Part shown: positions 46,931 through 55,607 of the stretch, one piece after another
How the letters are laid out: each line of letters opens with the position of its first letter
How positions within the stretch are numbered: position 1 is the stretch's first letter
The notes under the pieces: model-generated
Seen by the model: only the letters and a program-made list of their open reading frames with translations
Told to the model about the DNA's origin: nothing
Databases searched by the model: none
Position numbers and translations under genes: made by a program
Assembly (NCBI GenBank): GCA_937922015.1
Contig: CAKZVB010000034.1
Span: 7,775 to 71,774, forward strand
DNA: 64,000 bases
Direction: 5' to 3'
Source: an uncultured Granulosicoccaceae bacterium
Lineage (GTDB): Bacteria > Pseudomonadota > Gammaproteobacteria > Granulosicoccales > Granulosicoccaceae

Positions 46931-48676
46931 TCAACCACAGTCTGCTACTGCATTTGTGGCCACCGGTAACGTTAATTGCATTCTACAACCAGAAGAAATG
47001 TTGTTGTCCAGCCATAGTCGCCCTTGATGTGACTCAATGATGGAACGGCTTATCGAAAGCCCTATACCCAAACCGTTATCTTTACTGGTTTCGAACGCCT
47101 TGAACGGCTCAATACCTGATTTAAAGCCCGGTCCGGTATCAGTAACGGTCACTAATATGACTCCTGCTACCATACTGGTTTCTATCGTTACCGAATTGGA
47201 TTGTTCCTTATTGTCTACCTGCATACTTGATATTGCATCTACACTGTTGCGCAATAGGTTAACCAGCACCTGGGCAATCTGCACACGATCAGCAAATGCG
47301 TTTGAGATATCACCCCTGACCAATCGAAGATCAATATTGTGTATGCGGGCGTCGCTTTCTATCAGGCGTGCAGTTTGCTCTACCAGATTATTTATATTCA
47401 CAGCACACCGGTTTGAAACATCCCGGCTAATGAATTGTCGAAGCGCCCGTATAATTTCACCCGCGCGCTGTGTTTCTGTTTGAATGTCCCGAAGGCATTC
47501 AATCAGTTCCGGATCACTATTGGTGCTTTCCATCGCAACCAGTAAGGCAGTATCTGCACTTTGAGATACCGCGAGCAATGGTTGATTTAACTCGTGCGCC
47601 AAACCGGTGGCCATCTCCCCCATAGTTGATAAGCGTCCTATATGCACCAACTCGTCCTGAAGCTTTAAGGATTGCAATTCACTTTTTTTTCTCTGCTGAA
47701 TTTCTTTCTTCAACGCTTTGTTCGACTCTGCCAGCTTACGTCCAACCTCATCGTGAAGGCTAAGCGACTTTTGCAAAACCTCATTGCCATGCTCCAGGGC
47801 CAATTGTGCATCAATCCTTCTTGTCACATCGTCCTGGAACCCGATATAGTGTGTTGGACTTCCAGCGCTGCCTACCACCGGGGTCAGTGTCAATTCGTTC
47901 CAGAACTCTGAACCATCCTTACGGTAGTTTTTCAAAACCGTGCTGAAAGCCTCTCCCTCATCAAGCGCTTTCCTTATAGCCTGCAGTGTGTTTTTATCGG
48001 TGCCCTGCCCTTGCAGAAATCTGCAATTTTTCCCCTTTATTTCACTTAAACTATAGCCTGTCATTCTTTCAAACCCGACGTTACAAAAAGTAATCGGGTT
48101 AGCCGGATCTGCGGCATCCGTAATTAACACACCATTTGGCAAATTTTCCTCGATTGCGCGTCCGATAACTACTGTTGGTGAATTAATTTTCTCCTCGAAA
48201 AGTGCCATCACCAGGTTAGCCAGATGCGACAGTGTTTCACGCTGTGAGGATGTTAGTGATTTTGGCCGACTATCGATTACACAGAGAGTACCGAGTGCAA
48301 ATCCGTCTGAGGTACACAAGGGCTGGCCCGCATAAAACCTGATGTTCGGATCACCCACAACCAACGGGTTGTCTTTGAAGCGCTCGTCCTCACGCGCATC
48401 GCGAACCTCCGTCAATCGATCGGGATCCTTTATCGCATGGGTACAGAAAGCCAGATCTCGCGGCGTCTCCGACACCTCAAGGCCTACGCGTGACTTGAAC
48501 CATTGACGATCCGGATCCACCAGACTGATCAATGCTATAGGTGTTTGGCAAATGGACGAAGCGGCCGCGGTAATGGAATCGAATACGGCTTCTGTTGCGC
48601 TATCTAGAATTCCATAGCGATACAGCGCTGCGATGCGAGCTTTTTCATCATTATCTGTAGAGGATGCACCAGTCAC
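46931..48676 (-). CDS. GAF-LOV(PAS)-HisKA-HATPase sensor histidine kinase (putative blue-light photoreceptor kinase)
   Basis: 581 aa. GAF domain at aa ~15-160. LOV core at aa ~178-285 with GKNCRFLQGQGTD (Cys218, TGC at 48023-48025) and NYRKDGSEFWNEL. H-box LAHELNQPL. N/G boxes LRNSVDA and DTGPGF...GLGIGL. GTG start. Confidence 0.88.
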   Translation of the reverse strand: MTGASSTDNDEKARIAALYRYGILDSATEAVFDSITAAASSICQTPIALISLVDPDRQWFKSRVGLEVSETPRDLAFCTHAIKDPDRLTEVRDAREDERFKDNPLVVGDPNIRFYAGQPLCTSDGFALGTLCVIDSRPKSLTSSQRETLSHLANLVMALFEEKINSPTVVIGRAIEENLPNGVLITDAADPANPITFCNVGFERMTGYSLSEIKGKNCRFLQGQGTDKNTLQAIRKALDEGEAFSTVLKNYRKDGSEFWNELTLTPVVGSAGSPTHYIGFQDDVTRRIDAQLALEHGNEVLQKSLSLHDEVGRKLAESNKALKKEIQQRKKSELQSLKLQDELVHIGRLSTMGEMATGLAHELNQPLLAVSQSADTALLVAMESTNSDPELIECLRDIQTETQRAGEIIRALRQFISRDVSNRCAVNINNLVEQTARLIESDARIHNIDLRLVRGDISNAFADRVQIAQVLVNLLRNSVDAISSMQVDNKEQSNSVTIETSMVAGVILVTVTDTGPGFKSGIEPFKAFETSKDNGLGIGLSISRSIIESHQGRLWLDNNISSGCRMQLTLPVATNAVADCG

Positions 48677-48880
48677 TTTCTTTACACTGCAGCTTGGTAT
48701 AGCGAGATGTTAAAACAACTCTTGCGCAAGAGCTGATGTCTTGCGGCACTTTACATCCAATTTCCGCGCTATGCCATCTCAACCTGACACCGACCGGCAT
48801 AGGTAGACCACCTAGGTAGCCACCGCAAGGAGTGTTGCGGATTTACGTATCCCCTAACGTGCTGTTTAATTCCGCTCATA

Positions 48881-49339
48881 ATGATTATTCGCAAAAAACA
48901 TTGCATTCCTGGCCAAAAACTTGGGGTAACAGCAGTGTTGGCAGCTATCCTGTTTACTGTCGTTACCCACAATAGTGGTGTTTCTTTTGCCCACACAAGC
49001 AGTAACGTCGAGAGCTCAATTTGTATTGACGGTGACGAAGCACCAGCACACATTCAATTCAAAAAGGGGCAGGTTGATTATCTGGCGGCAGAAACAGGCA
49101 GCGCTTCCGGCAACCCCGGCTCTGCGCTTGCTGACCCCGACTACCCAATTGCCGCCGGAGATATGATCTATACAGGCACTGATGGCTTTGTCAGTATCAT
49201 TCTCGCAAACGGCAGCTACAGAAATATTCAACCCGACAGCCTGGTGACCGTACGCACTTCATCACCCTGTCAGGGTGAAATCACACCAGAGCGCATTTCA
49301 ATTGATATCCCCTACCTAAATGCCGCAATTCGCGGTTGA
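48881..49339 (+). CDS. Small secreted hypothetical protein (possible FecR-like beta-sandwich)
   Basis: 152 aa. Signal-anchor sequence LGVTAVLAAILFTVV, and AGDMIYTGTDGFVSIILANGSYRNIQPDSLVTV, which resembles a FecR-domain strand pattern. Confidence 0.5.
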   Translation: MIIRKKHCIPGQKLGVTAVLAAILFTVVTHNSGVSFAHTSSNVESSICIDGDEAPAHIQFKKGQVDYLAAETGSASGNPGSALADPDYPIAAGDMIYTGTDGFVSIILANGSYRNIQPDSLVTVRTSSPCQGEITPERISIDIPYLNAAIRG

Positions 49340-49379
49340 GCTAATCAGTTCATCTCCCGATTGATTTCATACAGCCAGG

Positions 49380-50582
49380 CTATTTATTATGATTGGCCAG
49401 GTAACTCGAAGCCGCCTCTAGTGCGCCGCTGCCATGAGAAATATCAAGCGCCTTCAAGGCGGCATCAATGCTGCCCAGCACACCCATAATCATCTGGCTG
49501 TTGATGTGTCCCATGTGACCAATACGAAAAAAACCATGCCACTCAGGATCATCGGGCTGCGCCATACCAAGACCGATACCCAGTGACACACCCGCATGTT
49601 CAAACACCCAGTCCCTGACGCCAGTACCGTGGGGCGCACCCGCACGCACTGATGTGACAGCGTGACTTCGACACTCTTTATCATCGATATTCAATTCGAC
49701 AGGGCCATCGTTTGCCCAGCATTCGACTGCTGTATAAATAGTATTGGCGAGTATTTCGTGACGCTTCCAGACCGACTCTACACCTTCAGCAAGAATTATA
49801 TCCAGCGCCGCCCGCAAACCGTATAAGTGATGTGTTGGCGGCGTACCACCAAAGTACTGATAGAACTCCTCAGGTTCAGCACGCTTTCTCCAATCCCAAT
49901 AGCCGCTTACTACCTTTTTTTGATCACGATACCCGGCTGCTTTTTGATTAAAAAAAACAAACGCCATACCCGGCGGTGTCATCAGACCTTTTTGACAGCC
50001 TGCGACTACGACATCAACCCCCCATAAATCCATTTCAAATTTATCGCACCCTAATGATGCAATACAGTCGATCATCAGCAGAGCGGGATGTCCGACTGCA
50101 TCAATAGTGTCCCGAAGCGCTTTTGTGTCATTGCGAACTGAAGTCGCGGTATCAACATGAACTGCCATCACGGCCCGATATCGATGTTGCTTATCAGCTG
50201 CCAGCGCTTGCTGTACGCGCTCCTGATCAATAGTTGATCTTAAACCGAAGTCTATTATTTCGGTTTCAACCCCCATCGCGTTTGCCATCGACGCCCATCC
50301 GTGCGCAAAGCGTCCCGTAGCAAGCACCAATACCCGATCACCCTCTGCCAGTACATTTGCCACCGCCGCTTCCCACGCTCCATGGCCATTGGCTATATAC
50401 ATCGCCGCGTGGTGCGAGGTTCGCACCACTTTTTTCAAGTCAGCTTGTACACCCGCCATCAACACACCCTGCTCAGGCGCGTAAATATTCGGGCCGGGGC
50501 GATGCATAGCCCGCAACACCTGATCCGGAAATACCGACGGCCCCGGTATAGCAACGTAGTGACGGCCATTTGACAGTGACAT
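49380..50582 (-). CDS. Class V PLP-dependent aminotransferase (serine/alanine--glyoxylate or serine--pyruvate aminotransferase family)
   Basis: MSLSNGRHYVAIPGPSVFPDQVLRAM... and the PLP-lysine context AGCQKGLMTPPGMAF. I prefer the ATG at 50582; the ORF-track start is 50651. Confidence 0.82.
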   Translation of the reverse strand: MSLSNGRHYVAIPGPSVFPDQVLRAMHRPGPNIYAPEQGVLMAGVQADLKKVVRTSHHAAMYIANGHGAWEAAVANVLAEGDRVLVLATGRFAHGWASMANAMGVETEIIDFGLRSTIDQERVQQALAADKQHRYRAVMAVHVDTATSVRNDTKALRDTIDAVGHPALLMIDCIASLGCDKFEMDLWGVDVVVAGCQKGLMTPPGMAFVFFNQKAAGYRDQKKVVSGYWDWRKRAEPEEFYQYFGGTPPTHHLYGLRAALDIILAEGVESVWKRHEILANTIYTAVECWANDGPVELNIDDKECRSHAVTSVRAGAPHGTGVRDWVFEHAGVSLGIGLGMAQPDDPEWHGFFRIGHMGHINSQMIMGVLGSIDAALKALDISHGSGALEAASSYLANHNK

Positions 50583-50880
50583 GGAATAAACCCGGCTGGA
50601 TGTGTTAAGAATATTTCTGGGGTCGAGTGTACAACCGCACTCCGCCTGCAACCATCACTAATTTTGATGGCACGCGATCACGGGAATCTTTTGCCGGGGC
50701 GTGGCAGCCCACGCTTCTCTGGGGTTAGCGCGACCCGGTAGCGCTGTTGACTCCGGTCGCCGGATCCTCATGAATAATGCACAGGCTGGCGCTCGACGAT
50801 TAGTGGGCCAGTTGGCCAATGGGTTCGGGTTCCGACGGCTCACCAATCAGAGCCGCCCTCGAATGTCAGGTCTAATCAGC

Positions 50881-52269
50881 TCAACCAGTGCCGGCAACAC
50901 GCCCGATCGCACCATCAATAGCATCAACAATTTCATCAAGCTCTTTTTCAGTACAAATAAGCGCCGGACTCAAACACAATGTATTGTTATGTTTTTCAAA
51001 ACTACGATTAGTGCGCCCGATTATGACGCCCTGCTGCATGCAATCAGCGGCAATTTTTGCCGGTATTGATTCATCAACAGGCTCTTTGCTGGATCGGTCT
51101 GTCACCAGCTCCACACCAACAAACAACCCCTTGCCACGAACGTCACCGATGATCTGATGCTTCTGCTGAAGTGAACGCAGTCGCTCCATTAAATACTCAC
51201 CCATCACTGCTGCATTTTCGACCAGGTTTTCTTCTTCAATCATTTTCATGTTTTCAAGTGCCGCGGCCGGACCCGAAGCACAGCCACCAAAAGTACTGAT
51301 GTCGCGAAAGTAACTCATCGGGTCATCGGCATTTGCTTTAAACCGGTCAAACACGGCTTCAGTGCTTACCGTACAGGCGATGGCAGCGTAACCACTGGCA
51401 ACCCCTTTAGCCATTGTCACAAAATCAGGTTTTATACCGTAGTGTTGATAGCCGAACCACTTACCGGTTCTGCCTACCCCACAAACGACTTCATCTATGT
51501 GTAAAAGTACATTGTACTTTTTGCAGATTTCCTGAATCGTCTCCCAGTAGCCTTCTGGCGGAGTTATGACACCGCCACCGGCAGTCACAGGCTCAAGCAC
51601 AACCGCACCTACGGTGTCTGCTCCTTCTGCAAGAATAATGGTTTCCAGCTCACGCGCTGCAAGTTCACCGTAATTATCGACCTCACCGTACTGGCTCCGG
51701 TATTCAAGGCAATGCGGCATTTCGATAAAACCCGGTGCAAAGGGACCATACTGATCTTTGCGCTGAGACTGTCCGCAAGAACTTAGCGCACCGATAGTTG
51801 TACCGTGGTAATCGCGATCACGATAAATGATCTTATGCTTCTTGCCATTATTTTCGATAGCCGCCAGCTGACGCACCATTTTGTACACTTTCTCATTGGC
51901 TTCAGAGCCAGAGTTCGAATAGTAAACCCGGCTCATCCCGGGCATTTTTTCGATGAGCTTTTTGGCAAACAGTGCGCCTGGAATGTTACCGGCAGAGTTT
52001 GCGAAGTAGCACATCTCAACCAGCTGATCGCGGACTGCATTAGCAATGCGCTCTACCCCATAGCCAACATTAACTGTCCATACGCCACCGGACACCGCAT
52101 CAAGGTATTCTTTACCATTGGCATCGGTGATACGCATACCCTTACCGCTCACCATCACTGGCGGTTTGGTGTCTTCAAAGCCTTTGTGCTGAGTTAGATG
52201 GTGCCAGACGTGGGCCTGGTCACTGTCGATCACGTCGTTGATATCAACTGAATTGTCGTCGAGACTCAT
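50881..52269 (-). CDS. Class III PLP-dependent (omega-) aminotransferase
   Basis: 462 aa. SGSEANE, DEVVCGVGRTGKWFG and TMAKGVASGY (PLP Lys) are typical of the beta-alanine/taurine/putrescine--pyruvate aminotransferase group. Confidence 0.85.
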   Translation of the reverse strand: MSLDDNSVDINDVIDSDQAHVWHHLTQHKGFEDTKPPVMVSGKGMRITDANGKEYLDAVSGGVWTVNVGYGVERIANAVRDQLVEMCYFANSAGNIPGALFAKKLIEKMPGMSRVYYSNSGSEANEKVYKMVRQLAAIENNGKKHKIIYRDRDYHGTTIGALSSCGQSQRKDQYGPFAPGFIEMPHCLEYRSQYGEVDNYGELAARELETIILAEGADTVGAVVLEPVTAGGGVITPPEGYWETIQEICKKYNVLLHIDEVVCGVGRTGKWFGYQHYGIKPDFVTMAKGVASGYAAIACTVSTEAVFDRFKANADDPMSYFRDISTFGGCASGPAAALENMKMIEEENLVENAAVMGEYLMERLRSLQQKHQIIGDVRGKGLFVGVELVTDRSSKEPVDESIPAKIAADCMQQGVIIGRTNRSFEKHNNTLCLSPALICTEKELDEIVDAIDGAIGRVAGTG

Positions 52270-52529
52270 GTTTGACCTCCATGCATTTGGTTCGCAATTT
52301 TAGCGACATTGCCTACATTTCTGAGTACGTGTAAGCGACAGGCGCGTCCCGTTAATAGGTCCAGATAACTAAATTGGTATTCCTGCGCCATCAGCCCTTT
52401 GTTACCGATCAAACGTCAATCAGGGCTTTGAGATACGGTTCACAGATGCAATATGGCTCGATCGACGGCAGCAAACGGATTGACCGGCCTGAAATAGCGT
52501 CGTCACAAAGTCCGCGAGCCGGCGTGGCA

Positions 52530-52602
52530 GAAGCTCAGCTCGTGCGAACGCGCCCTGACGGCGGGTTTCCATTGATCATTATCGTAACACCAGTCTATGC
52601 GC
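52530..52602 (-). repeat. Intergenic hairpin-containing repeat, copy 2 (homologous to 45030..45120)
   Basis: See copy 1. The hairpin here is ACGCGCC-ctgac-GGCGGGT. It lies 20 nt 3' of the minus-strand GlcD-like stop codon. Confidence 0.55.
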
Positions 52603-52621
52603 CGGACTCCCGGCCCCGGGG

Positions 52622-54019
52622 CTAGAATATTTTCCCGGGATTCATGATGTTGTCAGGATCGAGGGCGTTTTTTATCATCATCATAAAATCGACAGAGTCA
52701 CCTAGCTCATCTCGCAAATAGGCTTTCTTGCCCTGGCCGATACCGTGTTCACCGGTACACGTGCCCCCCATTGCAATTGCCCTGTCACTCAAGCGCCCGG
52801 CAAAAGCTTTCGCCTGTGCCAACTCGGTTTCATTTTCAAGATCCACCAATACCAGTGTATGGAAATTACCATCCCCGACATGGCCGACAATCGGGGCAAT
52901 TAACCGGCTTTGTTCTATATCTGCACAAGTTTCTTCCACACACTGTGCCAGACGCGATATCGGCACACAGGCGTCAGTCACCACCGCATCCGCAGACGGA
53001 CGCAATCCCCGCGCCGCCCAGTAGGAGTCATGACGTGCCTGCCATAATTTATTTCGCTCTGCTTCATCTGCTGTCCATTGAAAATCAGAGCCACCACAGT
53101 CATTGACGATTTCACCAAACTGAACCGACTGCTCCTGTGTCGATGATTCTGTGCCGTGAAACTCTATAAACATGGTGGGTTTCTCGGCAAGATCTAATTT
53201 TGAATAAGCGTTGCAGGCGCGGATCTGCACTGCGTCGAGCAATTCGATACGGGCAATAGGAATGCCGTATTGGATCGTCTGAATTGCCGCATCACAGGCC
53301 GCCGCAATCGATGGAAAATGGCATATGCCCCCTACAATAGATTCAGGGACACCATGCAGTTTTAACGTCAACTCGGTGATCACTCCGAGAGTGCCCTCAG
53401 AACCGACCAAAAGGCGCGTCAGATCGTAGCCAGCCGAAGTCTTTTTGGCGCGACTGGCAGTGTTTATTTCCCGACCATCTGCCATCACCGCTCGCAGGCC
53501 AAGCACGTTGTCTTTCATTGTTCCGTAGCGAACCGCATTGGTGCCGGAGGCCCGTGTTGATGCCATGCCTCCCAGACTCGCGTCAGCTCCGGGGTCAATC
53601 GGAAAAAAAAGCCCGGTATCCCTTAGATATACATTCAATGCCTTACGCGTAATACCCGGCTGAACCGTCACAGTGAGATCTTCCGGATGCACTTCTATCA
53701 CCTGATTCATCTGCGACACATCAATCGATACTCCTCCCAGAGGAGCATTAAGTTGCCCTTCCAGTGATGAGCCCGCACCAAACGGAATGACCGGACATGA
53801 ATGCTCAGCACAGACCTGAACGATCAGCGCAATGTCGTCTGCAGAGTGCGCAAACACCACAGCGTCGGGTGGTTGACCAGCCAGATACGTCAATGTATGT
53901 GCGTGCTGCTCACGGATTGAAGCCCCGGTTTGAAACCGTTCACCAAACCGCTGCCTGAGAATTTCACCGGCAAGGGAGATGTTTCTTTCTTTAGCCATCT
54001 TTGCTGACATGTGTATCAC
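52622..54019 (-). CDS. FAD-linked oxidase (D-lactate dehydrogenase (cytochrome) / glycolate oxidase GlcD-like)
   Basis: 465 aa. FAD_binding_4 (PFGAGSSLEG) and a C-terminal FAD-oxidase_C domain (GTCTGEHGIGQGKKAYL, DPDNIMNPGKIF). Confidence 0.85.
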   Translation of the reverse strand: MIHMSAKMAKERNISLAGEILRQRFGERFQTGASIREQHAHTLTYLAGQPPDAVVFAHSADDIALIVQVCAEHSCPVIPFGAGSSLEGQLNAPLGGVSIDVSQMNQVIEVHPEDLTVTVQPGITRKALNVYLRDTGLFFPIDPGADASLGGMASTRASGTNAVRYGTMKDNVLGLRAVMADGREINTASRAKKTSAGYDLTRLLVGSEGTLGVITELTLKLHGVPESIVGGICHFPSIAAACDAAIQTIQYGIPIARIELLDAVQIRACNAYSKLDLAEKPTMFIEFHGTESSTQEQSVQFGEIVNDCGGSDFQWTADEAERNKLWQARHDSYWAARGLRPSADAVVTDACVPISRLAQCVEETCADIEQSRLIAPIVGHVGDGNFHTLVLVDLENETELAQAKAFAGRLSDRAIAMGGTCTGEHGIGQGKKAYLRDELGDSVDFMMMIKNALDPDNIMNPGKIF

Positions 54020-54158
54020 GTTAATTTGACGTCCGGCCTGAGCATGACGCTATTAGAAAAATCTTTCAATAACGAATAACAACCCCTGATTACCGGCTCA
54101 GGTTTTTATTGTTCACGCCGCCCCCTTAAGAGGTATCCGAAAAAAGCTGCCCTGCGCC

Positions 54159-55532
54159 ATGAAAAATATCATCTTTGCCTTGTTCACCGCTGTCGGCATT
54201 AACTCCTCGCTGATGGCTGACACCCTGGAATACCAGGCGACCACTGACTTTTCAAACATCAATGATGGCGAAGTACCCTACTATAGACACAATGGCATTT
54301 CCGCCCTGGCAATTAACGCCGGCAACGCCGCCTACCGCAACAAGTTTGCGCGCGCAACAACCGACTTTGACGGCACCGCCGGCGTCTATGATGTCACCAT
54401 CTCGGCACTGGGTGAACTGGACGGTGAATGTGAATACCGTTTTCTGGTGAATGGCATCGTCGCAGGCACAGCAACCAACAACCGCGTCGATGTAGACTAT
54501 GAGGTACAGCACCATACGTTCAAAAATATCAGCATTCCGGCCAATGCAGAAATTTCTGTCGAATCAAACGCGGTTTCTAACGGCCTGGTCCCGGAACACG
54601 ATATTTTTGCGTTTGCGCGAGGGCGATGGATAACCCTCACGCTGCAGTCTGATGACACAGCCACCACGCCTGTAGACCTGGAGATTTCCGCCAGTACAAC
54701 TACCTACAGCCCGAACGTCGGCGATACCATCACCATCGATATAGATATCTACAACAGTAACTCGACCCACACCGCTACCAACCCGGTAATCAACTTGACC
54801 GTTCCGTCACTGCTGGCTATTGAAGCGCCATCACAATGCACTGTAGACGGGGAAAACCTTAGCTGTGCCGTGGCTGAAATCAATCCGAAATTCACCGACA
54901 CATTTTCACTGACCGCTGTTGCTGTAGCAGGCGGCACGGCAGACCTCCCGGTATCAATAACGGCCGACCAGATCGACAATCAACTATCGAACAACAACAC
55001 AACACTTACAATTACCAGCACCGATCAGACCGTCACTGCAGCACCTGTCGTTGATCTGGCAGTATCCATTGACAGTGACGTGACCAGCGCTGTGGTTGGA
55101 GACGAAATTAACTACACAATGACCGTAGTAAATCAACACGCAAGCAACGTGGCTACATCACCTGTCGCGGGCGTCTTGCTACCGGACAGTCTCAGCTTTA
55201 GCTCAAGCGCCGGTTGCAGCGCCATCAACAACGCAGTCACTTGCTCACTGGCAGAGCTTGCCGGCGGAGAAACAGCAATTGTTGAATTCAGCGCTACCGT
55301 AAACGCCGCAGGCGACGCCCCGGTGGTTGCATCGGCCAGTGCTGCAGAGTCAGAAGTTGTCGCATCTGATAACGAAGTAATCTACTCAATCACAGCGATT
55401 GAAAGTGACCGTGCGTCAACCGGAAATCAAGTCCCGAACAGCACACAAGCCGGCACCGGTGGTGGCTATACCAGTCCGTTAAACCTCATTGGTTTATATC
55501 TGGTTGCGCTGTTTGCCCGACGACGCAAATAA
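54159..55532 (+). CDS. Secreted DUF11-repeat surface protein with GlyGly-CTERM-type sorting tail
   Basis: 457 aa. Signal peptide, an N-terminal ~160-aa globular module, three DUF11-like repeats (D..I...V.N........V..L.P), and the C-terminus GTGGGYTSPLNLIGLYLVALFARRRK (55452-55529). Confidence 0.75.
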   Translation: MKNIIFALFTAVGINSSLMADTLEYQATTDFSNINDGEVPYYRHNGISALAINAGNAAYRNKFARATTDFDGTAGVYDVTISALGELDGECEYRFLVNGIVAGTATNNRVDVDYEVQHHTFKNISIPANAEISVESNAVSNGLVPEHDIFAFARGRWITLTLQSDDTATTPVDLEISASTTTYSPNVGDTITIDIDIYNSNSTHTATNPVINLTVPSLLAIEAPSQCTVDGENLSCAVAEINPKFTDTFSLTAVAVAGGTADLPVSITADQIDNQLSNNNTTLTITSTDQTVTAAPVVDLAVSIDSDVTSAVVGDEINYTMTVVNQHASNVATSPVAGVLLPDSLSFSSSAGCSAINNAVTCSLAELAGGETAIVEFSATVNAAGDAPVVASASAAESEVVASDNEVIYSITAIESDRASTGNQVPNSTQAGTGGGYTSPLNLIGLYLVALFARRRK

Positions 55533-55607
55533 CGATGCTGGCGGGCAAGTCATTGTTGCCCCACCGGGTATCTATACAAATGATCTGTTGCTAATCGAAC
55601 CAGTCTT

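Noticed and set aside
50652-50880. On the minus strand, CCCCGGCAAAAGATTCCCG resembles the CUCAGGCAAAAGGAC 3' block of glycine riboswitches. That would be attractive upstream of a glyoxylate/serine aminotransferase.
   Set aside because: The other conserved blocks (GGAGAG and CGCCGAAGGGGCAA) are absent. I kept the region only as a generic structured-spacer observation.
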